The translations under genes and the position numbers were made by a program. Positions 1 through 12,167 of a stretch of 64,000 nucleotides of DNA are shown here, piece after piece. The stretch covers positions 2,624,001 through 2,688,000 of the forward strand of contig OY970166.1 of NCBI GenBank assembly GCA_963706595.1, written 5' to 3'. The first letter of the stretch is position 1. The number at the start of each line of letters is the position of its first letter. This DNA comes from an uncultured cyanobacterium (GTDB lineage: Bacteria > Cyanobacteriota > Cyanobacteriia > Cyanobacteriales > Nostocaceae). The notes beneath the pieces are model-generated. The model had not been told where the DNA came from. It worked only from the letters and a program-made list of their open reading frames with translations, and ran no database searches.

Positions 1-27
1 GGTTGCGCTGCGCTTAACCCAACCTAC
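1..27. repeat. Partial REP-like palindrome (GTAGGTTGGGTT type), cut by the window edge
   Basis: ggttgcgctgcgcttaacccaacctac; a related copy gttgggtt...aacccaacct lies at ~45577-45606. Confidence 0.55.
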
Positions 28-32
28 TTGTT

Positions 33-653
33 TCAAGGACTAAGTACCAATAACCATTCTTGGTTTTGGGTGTTCCATTGAGGCACAGAAGTTTGCCCAA
101 CCACATAGGGACCCCAGTAACGGCGAGAACCATCTTGTGCAAAAGCAACTATGATATCTCCCGTTTCCAACTTGAGATTCCCATTCGGTAGGGATAGAAT
201 CAACCCCTTTGTACTACCTTCTTGGGGATCAAAATCCCAATGCGCCGGAACATCATAGTTAGTTTGTTGATTACCAGAGTCTTTCACCTGAGACTGTCGT
301 GCAAGTAACGCTAGGCGCACAGGCTGATCTGTTTGATTACTCATTCGTAAAGTCCCTTGATTCTTGACATTAGCAGTTGAATTTTGTCGCTGTGCCAAGA
401 TGTGAGTCCCGTTGAGTCCGATTTTATCGGTTTGGGTTGTTTCGGGAATTGAAGTAGTCGGAGTAACTGTTTGATCGGGGAAATCTGGCTCTGATGTTTG
501 AGAAGATGCTGCTGAGGATGTATCGGAATCTGCCGACTCAAAAGACACACTTATTTCCCAGCATCCCACCATGAACCCTAGTAGCCCTAAAGCACAAACT
601 CCAATAGCAGCGTTACGATATACTGAAAATTTCATATTGATAATGGTTAGCAA
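33..653 (-). CDS. Hypothetical exported/lipoprotein-like protein
   Basis: 206-aa ORF with hydrophobic N-terminus ending ...FMVGC, S/T/P-rich linker and a globular C-terminus (HWDFDPQEG, YWGPYVVG); start may be a later ATG. Confidence 0.75.
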   Translation of the reverse strand: MLTIINMKFSVYRNAAIGVCALGLLGFMVGCWEISVSFESADSDTSSAASSQTSEPDFPDQTVTPTTSIPETTQTDKIGLNGTHILAQRQNSTANVKNQGTLRMSNQTDQPVRLALLARQSQVKDSGNQQTNYDVPAHWDFDPQEGSTKGLILSLPNGNLKLETGDIIVAFAQDGSRRYWGPYVVGQTSVPQWNTQNQEWLLVLSP

Positions 654-1125
654 TAATATTTTGTCTAGGCTTGAGGAAATACTAGCCTATTATTTGAAGG
701 GGTAATTCAGGATATTTGGCTACTAGCTGACTCTAGCTTCTGCTATCAACAGAATCTGCAATGTATCGAAAATATCATTTTTAGCAAAAAGCTTTGGCAT
801 AAATAATAACATTACTTGTCAATGAAAAAAGGTGGAAAGACCTGATTAATCAGCACAATTTCGATAATCAACGCAAAAAATAGGCAAAGTATGATACAGA
901 AGTCAGAAATGCATTTGCAGAAACACAAAAAGCAGCTGTTCAGAATTACTGCGTGTGAGTAACAAGGTGTATATCGTGAAATTTTCAGAATTAACTGGAG
1001 AAAATTCTTGATATATCTTAATATTTTTGAGTGAGTTGAGGTGACTGCTTTGAGATCAAACATCCTCTTGCTACGATCAAAGTTGGGAAAAAGTTACCGT
1101 TTCGCAGCAAGTACCCACCTAATTC

Positions 1126-1458
1126 ATGCAAAACACTCGTCTGACTAATTTAGTCGATTCCATTGCTAGTCGTCTGGGACAATGGTTTTTAAATCCTTGG
1201 CGACGTTTATCGTTACTGTTGATTAGTTTCTTCTTTGGGTTTTTTCTGGGAACAGCCATTTCTACTGTAGCTGGTCAAAGAGGTTTATTGGATATTGTGA
1301 TTGCGGGTTGTCTGGTGGTGCTGACAGAGGTTACTAGCAGAATATTTTACAGTCGTAACTTTTTGGCCAAGCGCTCTCTCTTGGTAGAATCATTAAACGT
1401 TCTCAAAGTTGGTTTTATCTATAGTATGTTTGTCGAATCTTTTAAACTGGGTTCGTGA
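1126..1458 (+). CDS. ycf20: DUF565 / Ycf20-like membrane protein
   Basis: MQNTRL start, three hydrophobic segments and C-terminal FKLGS typical of Ycf20. Confidence 0.8.
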   Translation: MQNTRLTNLVDSIASRLGQWFLNPWRRLSLLLISFFFGFFLGTAISTVAGQRGLLDIVIAGCLVVLTEVTSRIFYSRNFLAKRSLLVESLNVLKVGFIYSMFVESFKLGS

Positions 1459-2381
1459 TCATGAATTTTTGGGACGGTGATGCAGATACAACAAAAGCAG
1501 GTTTATATAACTCTATTCTGCCAACTTTTCGCCATTTCTGCCAAACTAACCTGCATAAACCACCAGAGGAAATGTTGGGGGTGTTGTGGGACTTATGGCT
1601 ACCATTGAGTTTAAAACTAGCTTCCCATCGTCGAGAATTGGGACGACCCCTAATTCAGGGAATTTTAGGTGGACAAGGTACTGGTAAAACGACAATGTGC
1701 CAAGTTCTGAGCTTAGTTCTCCAGCAGTTAGGATATCGGACTCTGAGTTTATCTTTAGATGATTTGTATAAAACTTATGGCGATCGCCTGCTTTTAACTC
1801 AGCAAGATCCCCGGTTGATTTGGCGAGGGCCACCAGGAACCCACGATCTAGATTTAGGGTTAAAGGTGCTAGATCAGATTCGCCAGGGTGAAAGTCCAGT
1901 CAGCGTTCCCCGCTTTGATAAATCTGCATACAACGGTGCAGGCGATCGCACTACCCCAGAAATTGTTACAGACATTGATATTGTCCTATTTGAAGGTTGG
2001 TTTGTGGGTGTGAGACCCATTGACCCCGATGTATTTAATCATGCCCCGCCACCAATTTTCACAGAGCAGGATCGGGTCTTTGCCCGTGATATGAATCAGC
2101 GACTCAGTGATTATCTGCCCCTCTGGGAACGATTAGACAGTTTAATGGTGCTATATCCCACTGATTATCGTTGTTCAATGACATGGCGAAAACAAGCAGA
2201 ACAACAAATGATTGCGACTGGTAAATTGGGGATGTCGGATTCACAGATTGAAGAATTTGTCAACTATTTTTGGCGATCGCTGCACCCAGAATTATTCATT
2301 ACACCGTTGGTGAAATCGTCTGTAGAAGTTGATTTAGTGATTTCCATTCATCCTGATCACAGTATTAATGCAGTCAGATAA
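1455..2381 (+). CDS. D-glycerate 3-kinase (GLYK type, P-loop)
   Basis: Walker A GGQGTGKTT plus SLDDLY, RGPPGTHD, PRFDKS, FEGWFVG and WRKQAE motifs. Confidence 0.85.
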   Translation: MIMNFWDGDADTTKAGLYNSILPTFRHFCQTNLHKPPEEMLGVLWDLWLPLSLKLASHRRELGRPLIQGILGGQGTGKTTMCQVLSLVLQQLGYRTLSLSLDDLYKTYGDRLLLTQQDPRLIWRGPPGTHDLDLGLKVLDQIRQGESPVSVPRFDKSAYNGAGDRTTPEIVTDIDIVLFEGWFVGVRPIDPDVFNHAPPPIFTEQDRVFARDMNQRLSDYLPLWERLDSLMVLYPTDYRCSMTWRKQAEQQMIATGKLGMSDSQIEEFVNYFWRSLHPELFITPLVKSSVEVDLVISIHPDHSINAVR

Positions 2382-3312
2382 ATTTTACGCGATCGCGTCC
2401 GGCTGTTTTGGCTTGATATAATGCTTTATCAGCCAGAGCCACCAATTCTTGCGAGTCAGAACTAGGTGTGGGGATGAGTGTAGCCACTCCGGCACTGATA
2501 GTCACATAAGAACTCACCGGGGAACTACTATGGGGGATAGCCAGTTTCCTAACCACAGAACAAACGATCTGTCCCAGCATGATCGCCCCTTGAATCTCCG
2601 TATGAGGTAAAATCACCGCAAATTCCTCACCGCCATAACGAGCCACTAAATCCGCAGGACGTTTAATAGTACTTTTAATAGATTTCGCCACTTGTTGCAG
2701 ACAGCGATCGCCTATCTGATGGCCATAGGTATCATTATATAATTTAAAAAAATCCACATCGCCGATAATCACAGAAAGAGGCAGTTGTTCCCTGAGCATA
2801 CGTTGCCACTCTTGATCCAAATATTCTTCAAATCGTCGGCGATTCGCGACTTGAGTTAATTGATCAATAGTCACCAACCTCTGCAATTCTTGGTTAGCAG
2901 ACTCCAATTGTTTCTGAAGCTGAGATTGGGAAATCAAGCGTTTTACCCGTTGACGCAAAACTGGCCAGTGAATCGGTTTGGTGACAAAATCAATTGCACC
3001 CACTTCAAATGCCTTGTCTACTGACTCTTGATCATCCAGTCCGGTAATCATTAAAACTGGAATATCCTGACTACACTCAAGAAACTGTAACCGATTACAG
3101 CACTCGAATCCATCCATATCGGGCATAATTGCATCCAGGAGTATGATATCGGGATGCAATTGCTCACACCGACTTAAAGCCTCTCTACCATTTTGAGCTT
3201 CCGCGATTTGATACCCTTCCCGTTTGAGAGCCAGTCGCAGCTGCATCCGAATAAATTCTTCATCATCAACAATTAGAATTAGAGATTGATTTTCTGCAAA
3301 TGTAGTTTTCAA
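2374..3312 (-). CDS. Response regulator-diguanylate cyclase (REC-GGDEF)
   Basis: REC (IVDD, LLDAIMP, KP) followed by GGEEF with an RPAD I-site. Confidence 0.93.
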   Translation of the reverse strand: MKTTFAENQSLILIVDDEEFIRMQLRLALKREGYQIAEAQNGREALSRCEQLHPDIILLDAIMPDMDGFECCNRLQFLECSQDIPVLMITGLDDQESVDKAFEVGAIDFVTKPIHWPVLRQRVKRLISQSQLQKQLESANQELQRLVTIDQLTQVANRRRFEEYLDQEWQRMLREQLPLSVIIGDVDFFKLYNDTYGHQIGDRCLQQVAKSIKSTIKRPADLVARYGGEEFAVILPHTEIQGAIMLGQIVCSVVRKLAIPHSSSPVSSYVTISAGVATLIPTPSSDSQELVALADKALYQAKTAGRDRVKFI

Positions 3313-3318
3313 TGACGC

Positions 3319-6300
3319 TCACTTCTCCAGTTCTATTTGCAAAGCCTTTTTCACTAACTCATATTCCTGGTAGAGTTGTGAGCAGATTTCTTCACTAGTT
3401 TCTAAATCACTAATTCGTCCTTTTGCTTCTAGCTGCTTGCACATTTGTGCCAAGTTAAGAGCGCCAACAGAGGCACTACTAGACTTGAGAGTGTGGGCTA
3501 CCTTCCATAAAGCTTGAGCATCTTGAGTTGCGTGTGATGCCTTGATATTTTGGATACACTTGGGAGCTTCTGTCAGATAACAATTGAGTAATTGCTTGAA
3601 TTCCGTCTCATCTCCTGACATCATATCTCGTAAAGAATTGAGAATTTTAGTGTCAATTATAGTCGGTTCTAAGTAAGTCGGCGTGACAATTGCCTCTTCT
3701 ATAACGGTGGGGGAAAAAATTGTTTTGGTGGAAGTGAATCCAGAACTGTTTCGGACTTGGCATTTACTGAGCGCTAAAGCTAACTCTCCCAGTCGCACAG
3801 GTTTGCTAATGTAGTCATCCATACCAGCCGCCAAACAGATTTCGCGATCGCCTTGCATAGCATTGGCAGTCATGGCGATCATATAAGGACGAGAAGCTGG
3901 ATATTCCTGACAGATTCTTTGGCTGGCTTCTAGTCCATCCATTTCGGGCATTTGCACATCCATCAACACGACATCATAAGGACTGAGTTGCAAAGCCCTG
4001 AGTACTTCTAGTCCATTAGCCGCCACATCTGCCCGATAACCAATCTTCTGTAACATCAGGAGGGCAACTTTTTGATTTACTGCTGTATCCTCTGCTAGCA
4101 GAATTCGCAATGGCTTTTGCTCTGCCATAGACAAATCAGGCCCAGGAGTCTGGTGTTCAGAGATCCTAGCTTTAATCAGTTGATTACCCAAAACATCAGT
4201 CAGGACATTGTAGAGTTGAGATTGTTTGACAGGTTTACTCAAAAACGTCACAAACTGCACATCCCTAAATTCTTGGCAAGTTGATTGACTGAGGTTTGTG
4301 AGCATCACCAAAGGCATCTGCTCATAGCCACGTTGTTGGTGGATGAGATTTGCTAAACTAATCATTTCCTGATCAGACATTTGTAGATCCAAAAGCGCAA
4401 CGTCAAACCCTTCTCCCTTGCTCAGTTCACCTAAAGCTTCTCGGCTGGAATTAACCGTATAAGTTGGCATTTTCCAAGACTCTGCATTGATCTGGAGAAT
4501 TTTGTGATTGCTGGAATTTTCAGCCACAATCAATAACCGCTTTCCCTCTAGCTGAACTAGGGAAGTGCAACAGGCATCTAAATAGGAATTAGCAGGTACT
4601 TGGGTAGTAATGGTGAAGTAAAAGGTAGAACCTAGAGCAGGGCGAGTGGATGAAATTAACTTGCTAGTTTTCCATCCCGCACTGGGATTACCACCGACAC
4701 CACCTTGGCTTTCCACCCAAAGAGTGCCACCCATGATTTCACTTAGCCGTTTGCTAATTACCAGTCCCAATCCTGTACCACCATATCTTCGATTCATGGA
4801 AGCATCTGCCTGAGCAAAAGGTTGAAATAAGCCTTTCATCTTCTCTGGAACGATGCCAATGCCTGTGTCTTGGATGGAAAAGAGAATTTTGTAAATGTTT
4901 TGGTTTTTCTTGCTAATCAGTTGTTGAACTTCGACGGCAAGAATCACTTCTCCCTGATTGGTAAACTTAATGGCATTATTCAGGAGATTCATCAAAACTT
5001 GGCTCAGGCGAGTGAAATCGCCGATAATCTGTACCGGAACCCCAGGCTTGATAATGTAAGCTAATTCAATATTTTTTTCCGATGCTTTGAGAGCTAAAAA
5101 GTCAATCACTCTCTCTATACAAGCTCTCAAATCAAAAGGTTGTTCTTCTAGTTCTAGTTTGCCTGATTCAATTTTGGAGAAATCCAGAATATCGTTGATG
5201 ATGTTGAGTAGAGCGTCGCCGCTACTGGAAATTGTCTCTACAAAGTCACGCTGTTGAGCAGTCAGTTGGGTAGATAGCAACAGCCCTGTCATCCCAATCA
5301 CAGCATTCATCGGAGTCCGAATTTCATGGCTCATCATCGCTAGAAACTCACTTTTCGCCCGATTTGCAGTTTCTGCTTCCCGTTTTGCTTGCTCCAAAGC
5401 AAAATTTTTCATAGTGAGTTCTTGACGTTGGCGGGTTTCTTGTTCGAGCAAGTAAGCCTGCACTAATGCTATGCCTAATTGAGCTGCTACAGCCTCAAAT
5501 AATTCAATTTCGTCTGGACTCCATTCGCGAAAATCGCTGCACTGATGCAGATAAATGGCTCCATTCGGTTCTCCTTGATAGGATGTACGCACTGTCAGCA
5601 TCGACTTCAACTTAATCTCTCGGCAGATCAGTGCGGATGGTTGGAGTAAGGGATCAAGGTAGACATTTGCAGAAGCGATCGCTTGATCCTGCTTGATCAT
5701 TTGCTCCGCATGGGGATTGCCGATAATCGCAATTTCTCTGTTAAACATGGAGCAGTAATCAGGGACTACATACTCTGCCACTAAGGGAATTTGGGGTATG
5801 GGATCGCTACGATAACAGTGAATTAAACAGCGATGAACTCCAAAAGCTTTGCCAATTTGGATCGCAGCTGTCTCAAATATGCTTTTGCTGTCGAGACTTT
5901 CACGAATTTTATGGGTAATTTGTCCCAGTAGCAACGTGCGGTTAAATTGGCGTTTTAGTGCGAATTGTGCTTCCACACGTTCAGTAATATCTTTAGTCGA
6001 GCCAACCATCCGCACTGGATTACCCTGTTCATCCCATTGAGCTTTGGCATGGACTAGTACCCACTTATAGCTACCATCATGACAGCGCACACGAAACTCA
6101 GTTACGTAATTGGGAATTTTCCGACTCAAATAATCCTGTTGAGTGAGCATGATCCGTTCGTAATCATCAGGATGGATGCGGCTCCACCAGTCATCATTGC
6201 TACCGTTGATTTGATGTTCTTTTCCCTGCAACAGATCACCCCACTTTGCAAAACGGAAAGTTTGGTTTGTAATAATGTTCCAATCCCAAATCGCATCTTG

Positions 6301-8100
6301 GTTAGCTTCAATGACTAGTTGCCAGCGTTCTTCTTTTTCTCGTAGGGCTGTTTCTGCTTGTTGGCGATCGCGCAACGTGGCTTGCCATTCGCTAATATCA
6401 TTGAGAATGCCCACGAAGTGAGTTAACTGTCCATTTTCATTATGGATAGGTGAAATACTCAATTCATTCCAAAACCTAGAACCATCTTTACGATAATTCA
6501 GCAGCACAACCTTACAACCCTTTCCAGCTTTAATAGATAAGCGCACTTGATTAATTACTGCTGGCTCGGTGTCTTTTCCTTGCAACAATTTACAGTTATT
6601 CCCAATCATGTCTGTAGCATCGTAGCCTGTGATTTGCTCAAAAGCTGCGTTGGTATAAATCACTGGATTATTAGGAAGCCTAGCATCAGCAATAATAATG
6701 CCGTTACTGGTAGCCGCAAGCGCCCTTTCTCTCAATCTCAAAGTTTCTTCAACCAGCTTCAGATCAGTAATATCAAACATGAACCCCCGCAACATCCCAG
6801 AAGCTCCAGATTCGCTGCTAACATTGACAATTTCTCGTAGCCAAACAATTCGCCCATCGGCTGCTAACATCCGATATTCAAATTCGTAATTCTCACATTT
6901 GGTAATTGATTCACAGCAAAAACGTACGGTTTTATCTCGGTCTTGCGGATGTATATGTCTGATCCAAAAATCTTCCTGATACCATTGATCAATGGGATAG
7001 TCTAGTAAAGCCTCTGCTTGGGGTCCAACATAAGTAAATTGCCAAGTCTGCAAGTCTAATTCCCAGGGAATAACTTTAACTGTTTCTAATAACTGCCTTA
7101 AATGATTTTCCCTGGCTGTGAGGGCAACTTCTATCTGTTTCTGACGACAAATCCGATCACCTAGCTCTTGATTTATTGCTGTTATCTGACTAACTTTCAA
7201 TTTCGCAGCCTGGAGAAAATAGCTAGAACAGGCCAGCATCGAGGCCAGCAATAAGCCTCCCAGCAAGACAATGATTGGTAGAGGTGAGTGTAAGTCTATG
7301 AATAATTCTGGAGTTGGGTAAACTTGGATTCGCCAGTTAACGCCGTATAACTCTATGTTCACTTCTGGCTGGTAAGGTGACTGCACTAAAATCTGTGGAT
7401 TGTGCTGGTAAATTAGCTGCTGCTCGTCCCAGATGCTAACGTTGTAGCCATCTGGGATTTGTAAAACTGAATCCAGCAGCGATTGAATTTGAAAAACTCC
7501 TAAGATAAATCCATCGAACTGATTTTGTTTGAACAGGGGTACAGATACGAAGAATCTTTTGCTACCCTGATTCAGGTTGAGTGTTCGGCTGATAGTCGTT
7601 TGATGGCGATCTGCTTGCAACAGCGCTGAGTGCAAAGTACACTCTCTGCAAAGGCGATCGCGCCTTGTTTCCAATGCGGTGCGTTGTCGTCGTGATTCCT
7701 CGATCAAGTCAAGGTTTTTGGCCGTGACATTTTCGGATTCAGGTAGAATCGAGCGTATCCGCAATGATGAGTCAACCCATTGGATGGACTGATATCCTTC
7801 GAGGCGAGGAATACCACCGCCCATAGCAGAGCCTTTTTCTATGCTTTCCAATGCCCGAATCAGAGTTTTGAGTTCGCTAGTCAATTCAGTTTTGAGAGCG
7901 ATCGCCTCCAGTTGTAAGAGTTGTTCAATATGACTCTGCTCTTCAGTCAGTAGTTTTTGCCATAACATCCCGACTGCAATTGAAGCAACAATTCCCAGCA
8001 ATAGTGGCAGTAATATTCGTTTGCTGACCAATTTCACAGATTTCCAGAAATTATATCTGTGATGCCTACCCACTGATTTTTCCTCCAGAGCTTGTAGCAC
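3319..8100 (-). CDS. Hybrid sensor histidine kinase (TM-CHASE-like-TM, 3 PAS, GAF, HisKA, HATPase, 2 REC, Hpt)
   Basis: [11 protein letters not shown]-box, [11 protein letters not shown]-box, DTGIG/GTGLGL G-boxes, two receiver domains and AHTLKSSS Hpt motif. Confidence 0.93.
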   Translation of the reverse strand: MLQALEEKSVGRHHRYNFWKSVKLVSKRILLPLLLGIVASIAVGMLWQKLLTEEQSHIEQLLQLEAIALKTELTSELKTLIRALESIEKGSAMGGGIPRLEGYQSIQWVDSSLRIRSILPESENVTAKNLDLIEESRRQRTALETRRDRLCRECTLHSALLQADRHQTTISRTLNLNQGSKRFFVSVPLFKQNQFDGFILGVFQIQSLLDSVLQIPDGYNVSIWDEQQLIYQHNPQILVQSPYQPEVNIELYGVNWRIQVYPTPELFIDLHSPLPIIVLLGGLLLASMLACSSYFLQAAKLKVSQITAINQELGDRICRQKQIEVALTARENHLRQLLETVKVIPWELDLQTWQFTYVGPQAEALLDYPIDQWYQEDFWIRHIHPQDRDKTVRFCCESITKCENYEFEYRMLAADGRIVWLREIVNVSSESGASGMLRGFMFDITDLKLVEETLRLRERALAATSNGIIIADARLPNNPVIYTNAAFEQITGYDATDMIGNNCKLLQGKDTEPAVINQVRLSIKAGKGCKVVLLNYRKDGSRFWNELSISPIHNENGQLTHFVGILNDISEWQATLRDRQQAETALREKEERWQLVIEANQDAIWDWNIITNQTFRFAKWGDLLQGKEHQINGSNDDWWSRIHPDDYERIMLTQQDYLSRKIPNYVTEFRVRCHDGSYKWVLVHAKAQWDEQGNPVRMVGSTKDITERVEAQFALKRQFNRTLLLGQITHKIRESLDSKSIFETAAIQIGKAFGVHRCLIHCYRSDPIPQIPLVAEYVVPDYCSMFNREIAIIGNPHAEQMIKQDQAIASANVYLDPLLQPSALICREIKLKSMLTVRTSYQGEPNGAIYLHQCSDFREWSPDEIELFEAVAAQLGIALVQAYLLEQETRQRQELTMKNFALEQAKREAETANRAKSEFLAMMSHEIRTPMNAVIGMTGLLLSTQLTAQQRDFVETISSSGDALLNIINDILDFSKIESGKLELEEQPFDLRACIERVIDFLALKASEKNIELAYIIKPGVPVQIIGDFTRLSQVLMNLLNNAIKFTNQGEVILAVEVQQLISKKNQNIYKILFSIQDTGIGIVPEKMKGLFQPFAQADASMNRRYGGTGLGLVISKRLSEIMGGTLWVESQGGVGGNPSAGWKTSKLISSTRPALGSTFYFTITTQVPANSYLDACCTSLVQLEGKRLLIVAENSSNHKILQINAESWKMPTYTVNSSREALGELSKGEGFDVALLDLQMSDQEMISLANLIHQQRGYEQMPLVMLTNLSQSTCQEFRDVQFVTFLSKPVKQSQLYNVLTDVLGNQLIKARISEHQTPGPDLSMAEQKPLRILLAEDTAVNQKVALLMLQKIGYRADVAANGLEVLRALQLSPYDVVLMDVQMPEMDGLEASQRICQEYPASRPYMIAMTANAMQGDREICLAAGMDDYISKPVRLGELALALSKCQVRNSSGFTSTKTIFSPTVIEEAIVTPTYLEPTIIDTKILNSLRDMMSGDETEFKQLLNCYLTEAPKCIQNIKASHATQDAQALWKVAHTLKSSSASVGALNLAQMCKQLEAKGRISDLETSEEICSQLYQEYELVKKALQIELEK
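7605..7659. mobile_element. 48-bp in-frame micro-insertion at a HIP1 site inside the kinase gene
   Basis: GGCGATC directly repeated at 7605-7611 and 7653-7659 (48-bp period) around a hairpin (gagtg...cactc); adds [16 protein letters not shown]. Confidence 0.6.
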
Positions 8101-8246
8101 AAATTTTTACTTTAAATTTGTTAAAATCTAAACGTTAACGAAAAAATAATGTTTTTTAAACAAAGAGAATTCTAGTCTAAACTATTAATTGTTTTATTTT
8201 CCAGAATCATCAGTCTGGAGAAAAGTTTTAAACATGATTGATCTCA

Positions 8247-8401
8247 GAGGATCTCAATAGAAGTATGATCATGGTTAATATCCCCCTTAACCCTGTGAGC
8301 AGGAAGAGAGAAATTACCCAAAGGTCTTTCCGCTTTTTCAGGTGGATTTAGGGAATTATTCAAATTTTATATCCTCCCCAGAAAATTTTTTAGACATCTT
8401 C
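8247..8401. mobile_element. Degenerate MITE remnant, similar to the 53713-54069 element
   Basis: Ends gaggatct.../...agacatcttc followed by taa; degraded cccccttaa...ggatttaggg repeat inside. Confidence 0.3.
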
Positions 8402-8567
8402 TAAACTCACAATGAATGTTTTTCAAAATTCTCAATTGAGCATTTTTGGGGGCAAGTGCCTAGAGTATTTTTTCTGAATTGTTGAACTGTGTATAACTTT
8501 AGCTGAGGAGAGATTTTTTAGCCTAAAAAAAGCTCTAATATCAAAGATATTAACTTTTGACAGATTG

Positions 8568-8659
8568 TAATACCTTTCGGTTAAGGGATGTAGAGACTTT
8601 CCATGGAACGTCTCTACAAGGGTTTTCGGCTCACGAATTTGCTTAACCGAACAGTATTG
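8568..8659. mobile_element. 92-bp MITE with 18-bp TIRs and 10-bp target-site duplication (Nezha-like architecture)
   Basis: TIRs TAATACCTTTCGGTTAAG and CTTAACCGAACAGTATTG (15/18 match); perfect flanking direct repeat TGACAGATTG at 8558-8567 and 8660-8669; internal GTAGAGAC...GTCTCTAC hairpin. Confidence 0.85.
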
Positions 8660-9121
8660 TGACAGATTGTACTTACGTAATAATGCTGACGATATTAAAT
8701 TTAATCAAGATTAATTATTATCAATAAAATCAAAAAATCAGGTTGTTATCCTGCTTACGCAGAATTTATTTATTAAAGCTTACTCTTCGAGGGTATGAGT
8801 GCTTCACATAAGTTAATGAAATTTTGAGTTCTTGATCTCAGAGTCAAGGTTTGATTTTATCGGCAAGCGATCGCTCCACGCATCACAGGTGGGAATACAA
8901 CAGGCTAAAAGAGCGTTTGCCCGCAAAGGGTGTCGGTATAAAATCGATGTCCCGATGGTGTTCTTTTGGCAGGTAATTTCCCAGAATTGTCCCATCTCTG
9001 CAACGTTTTCACAGAAACTCCCATTTTTTCGGCAAATTCATGTGGTTTAAACATAAATACACTTGTAGACAAAGCTATAAGTGTATAAGTATGTCTATTT
9101 AATTGTCAACTTAGGATAGCT

Positions 9122-10579
9122 CTAACTCTTGGATTGAATTTTTTTGACTAAATCATTAAACGGTTGCCAATCATCTTCTTGGGCGATAGGTTCCCAAACC
9201 GATTCAATCAGTGGTCTTAATAGTGCTGTTTGGGGATTATTCTTAGCTAGAGTTTGGGCAATTATATCCATGTGTTCAGGCTCAAAACCATTGAGCATTT
9301 GATGATATAATTTACACCAATTCTCAAAAATATTGGCTGTTTCTGATGTGGGTATAATCTCGGAATTTTTCATCACCATTCCTGGATCATCTCGCCATAT
9401 ATTCTGAAAAGTCCGCGCCATTTCATAGAAAAACTGATGATAACCAACTTGGCTTTCTTGTAAGAATTGAATTGTTAGCTTTAACAGTTCATTTGCTTCT
9501 GGCAACTCCAACTGCTCAAGACCTAACTTTTTCAACATTAACAACTGATATTCAGCTTGATAATACTCATTAAACTTTGTTAATTCTGACTCCATTTCGG
9601 CTTTGTCAATAATTGCCTTGAATGGTTCTTGGAGCATTTCTAAATTCAACTGGCAAATACTTGGTTGATGGCTATAACAATAGCGTCTATAGTAGTCGAA
9701 ATAAGCAGCCGTAAAGTATGGATCATAAGTAGGAATGAAGGCATAAGGGCCATAATCAAAGCTTTCCCCTGTAATGGACATATTGTCAGTATTTAGGACT
9801 GCGTGACAAAAGCCAGCCGCCATCCACTGCGCGGCTAGTTTTGCTACCCGGTTGACTAATTCTGCATAAAATAAAACATATTGATTTTTTTCCTCAATTA
9901 AATGAGGGTAATAATACTGAATTACGTGGTCTAAGAGTTTTTTGCTTAAATCTGGTCGTTGCAAATAATGCAAGCGTTCAAAAGTGCCAAAACGTATATG
10001 TGAACTGTTCATCCTGACCATCACAGATGAGCGAGTTGGTGAAGGCTCGTCACCCCGCCACAGGGATAAACCAGTTTCAATCATTGTCAAACAGCGAGAG
10101 GTGCGTACTCCTAATTGGTGTAATGCTTCTGCTGCTAGAACTTCTCGCACTCCGCCTTTAAGTGTGAGCATTCCATCACCACCACGAGAGTAGGGTGTTT
10201 TACCAGAACCTTTTGTGCCAAAGTCGTACAATTCGCCATCTGTAGCGCGGACTTGTCCGTAAAGAAAGCCTCTACCATCACCCAAGTTAGAATTATATGT
10301 GCCGAACTGATAGCCGTGGTAACGCAGTGCTAGTAATGGTTTGCGTCCCTGAAATTTACCAAAGGCGTTGCTAAAATCTTCATCTGTAACTACTTGGGGG
10401 TCTAGTCCCAAAACAGGTAGTAGTGCATCATTGCGCCAGCGTAAAATATGTTGGGGAAAAGCCTCTGCACTTACCTCGTCGTAGTAATCATCACCCAAAG
10501 ATGCCAATGCTGGTTCGTAGTTGAGGGTGAGAAAAGGATTCTGGGAATTTTCGTTGTTAGGAGTTTCAGCCAAAGTCAT
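9122..10579 (-). CDS. selO: SelO/YdiU family protein adenylyltransferase
   Basis: [38 protein letters not shown] and FDYGPY motifs; start taken at ATG 10579. Confidence 0.9.
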   Translation of the reverse strand: MTLAETPNNENSQNPFLTLNYEPALASLGDDYYDEVSAEAFPQHILRWRNDALLPVLGLDPQVVTDEDFSNAFGKFQGRKPLLALRYHGYQFGTYNSNLGDGRGFLYGQVRATDGELYDFGTKGSGKTPYSRGGDGMLTLKGGVREVLAAEALHQLGVRTSRCLTMIETGLSLWRGDEPSPTRSSVMVRMNSSHIRFGTFERLHYLQRPDLSKKLLDHVIQYYYPHLIEEKNQYVLFYAELVNRVAKLAAQWMAAGFCHAVLNTDNMSITGESFDYGPYAFIPTYDPYFTAAYFDYYRRYCYSHQPSICQLNLEMLQEPFKAIIDKAEMESELTKFNEYYQAEYQLLMLKKLGLEQLELPEANELLKLTIQFLQESQVGYHQFFYEMARTFQNIWRDDPGMVMKNSEIIPTSETANIFENWCKLYHQMLNGFEPEHMDIIAQTLAKNNPQTALLRPLIESVWEPIAQEDDWQPFNDLVKKIQSKS

Positions 10580-10631
10580 TACGAGCAAAGCTAATTGATT
10601 CTACCTTTTATCCTACCGCCGGCAGCAGGCT

Positions 10632-10659
10632 TTAACACTGAGCGTAGCCGAAGTGTTAA
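10632..10659. repeat. Small dispersed hairpin repeat
   Basis: ttaacact-gagcgtagccga-agtgttaa inverted repeat at the 5' break of the tnpB remnant. Confidence 0.55.
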
Positions 10660-10870
10660 ATTTAGTGGTCGAAGAATCAGAACTAAGCTTTATAAAGCAG
10701 GTAATGGTAAACTGATTCACGCTGATATCAATGGTAGTTTGAATATCTTACGTAAAGTAGTCCCGACAGCATTTAGTCTAGGGATAGGGGGCGTTGTAGT
10801 TTGCCCTGTCGGGGTTATTCCCGGCAAACAAATGGCATGAAATATTTGTCTATGCTTTTTGGAACTATAA
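10655..10870 (+). pseudogene. tnpB: 3' remnant of an IS200/IS605-superfamily tnpB with probable element right end
   Basis: FSGRRIRTKLYKAGNGKLIHADINGSLNILRK matches the TnpB C-terminal RuvC-III segment; no N-terminal part is present. Confidence 0.75.
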
Positions 10871-10910
10871 ATCAGATATACCTTTGCAATCTACAAAACA
10901 ATCTCTGCCA

Positions 10911-12086
10911 ATGCATCCGACTAAAAAAGTTACCGTACCTATTCGCGTTATTGGTTTGATTAGCGGCACTTCCGTAGATGGTATAGATGCTGCTTTGGTA
11001 GAGGTTTCTGGTAGTGATTTGGATTTAAAAATTGAGTTGCTAGCAGGGGAAACATATCCCTATGCTGCCGAATTAAGAGAAAAGATTTTAGCAGTTGGCG
11101 CAGGTGTTGCCATCTCAATGGCAGAATTAGCAGAAATAGATGATGCGATCGCTTTAGCCTTTGCCCAAGCGGCTCAAAATATCCAAATCGGTCATCAGCC
11201 AGCCACTTTAATTGGTTCCCACGGTCAAACTGTTTACCATCGACCACCTCAAAAAGCCGCAGGCAACACTCCTTTAGGTTACAGCTTGCAATTAGGACGC
11301 GGGGCTTTGATTGCCCATCTGACGGGAATCACTACTGTGAGTAATTTTCGCTTGGCAGATATTAATGCTGGTGGTCATGGTGCGCCCCTAGTGCCGAGAG
11401 TAGATGCTTTTTTGCTCAGTGATTCAACCCACGGACGCTGCATTCAAAATATTGGTGGAATTGGCAATGTTGCTTACATTCCGCCGCGTGGTGGTGACTG
11501 GCTTTCAAAAATTCGCGGTTGGGATACCGGACCGGGAAATAGTTTATTGGATTTGGCAGTGCAGTATTTAACTGATGGTGCTAAGTCATTAGATGAAAAC
11601 GGCAATTGGGCAGCTAGTGGTATTCCTTGCGATTCATTAGTAGAACAATGGCTGAAGCAAGATTACTTTCATCTACCCCCACCTAAATCTACAGGTCGTG
11701 AGTTATTTGGTGTGGCTTACCTGCATCAATGTTTAAAAGATGCCGAACCGTACCAACTCAATCCGGCTGACTTACTGGCGACACTCACAGAACTGACTGT
11801 GGCGACAATTGCTCACAGTTATCAGACGTTTTTACCCCAAATGCCGCAGCAGGTGTTGTTGTGCGGTGGCGGTAGTCGTAATCTGTATTTAAAACAAAGG
11901 TTACAGTTATTGTTGCCATTAGTGCCAGTCTTGACCACAGATGAAGTCGGCTTGAATGCAGATTTTAAAGAAGCGATCGCCTTCGCTGTTTTAGCCTACT
12001 GGCGACAAATGGGGCTGACTGGTAACTTACCTGCTGCCACTGGCGCACCTTGTGAAATAGTTTTAGGAGAAATTCATTCAACTTGA
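10911..12086 (+). CDS. anmK: Anhydro-N-acetylmuramic acid kinase
   Basis: [47 protein letters not shown] and KEAIAFA motifs; start ATG 10911 or TTG 10884. Confidence 0.93.
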   Translation: MHPTKKVTVPIRVIGLISGTSVDGIDAALVEVSGSDLDLKIELLAGETYPYAAELREKILAVGAGVAISMAELAEIDDAIALAFAQAAQNIQIGHQPATLIGSHGQTVYHRPPQKAAGNTPLGYSLQLGRGALIAHLTGITTVSNFRLADINAGGHGAPLVPRVDAFLLSDSTHGRCIQNIGGIGNVAYIPPRGGDWLSKIRGWDTGPGNSLLDLAVQYLTDGAKSLDENGNWAASGIPCDSLVEQWLKQDYFHLPPPKSTGRELFGVAYLHQCLKDAEPYQLNPADLLATLTELTVATIAHSYQTFLPQMPQQVLLCGGGSRNLYLKQRLQLLLPLVPVLTTDEVGLNADFKEAIAFAVLAYWRQMGLTGNLPAATGAPCEIVLGEIHST

Positions 12087-12167
12087 AGGCCAATCAGTAT
12101 TGCAATAGTATCTCTATTTACGTCATGCTGTAGTAGGGGTATTAGATCAAGACAAGGAACATACAAA

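Noticed and set aside
812..1063. 83-aa ORF, and the many short antisense or overlapping ORFs in the six-frame track (e.g. 4870..5064, 22519..22788, 59256..59576)
   Set aside because: No recognisable motifs; they are shadows of real genes or AT-rich intergenic noise
8855..8935. c-di-GMP-I riboswitch upstream of the kinase/DGC operon (GGGCAAAC...TTGCCGA on the minus strand)
   Set aside because: Lacks the GAAA tetraloop stem and the GACGCAAA core
10595..10840. Intact 81-aa gene
   Set aside because: Chimeric frame: non-coding DNA plus a hairpin repeat plus a tnpB fragment
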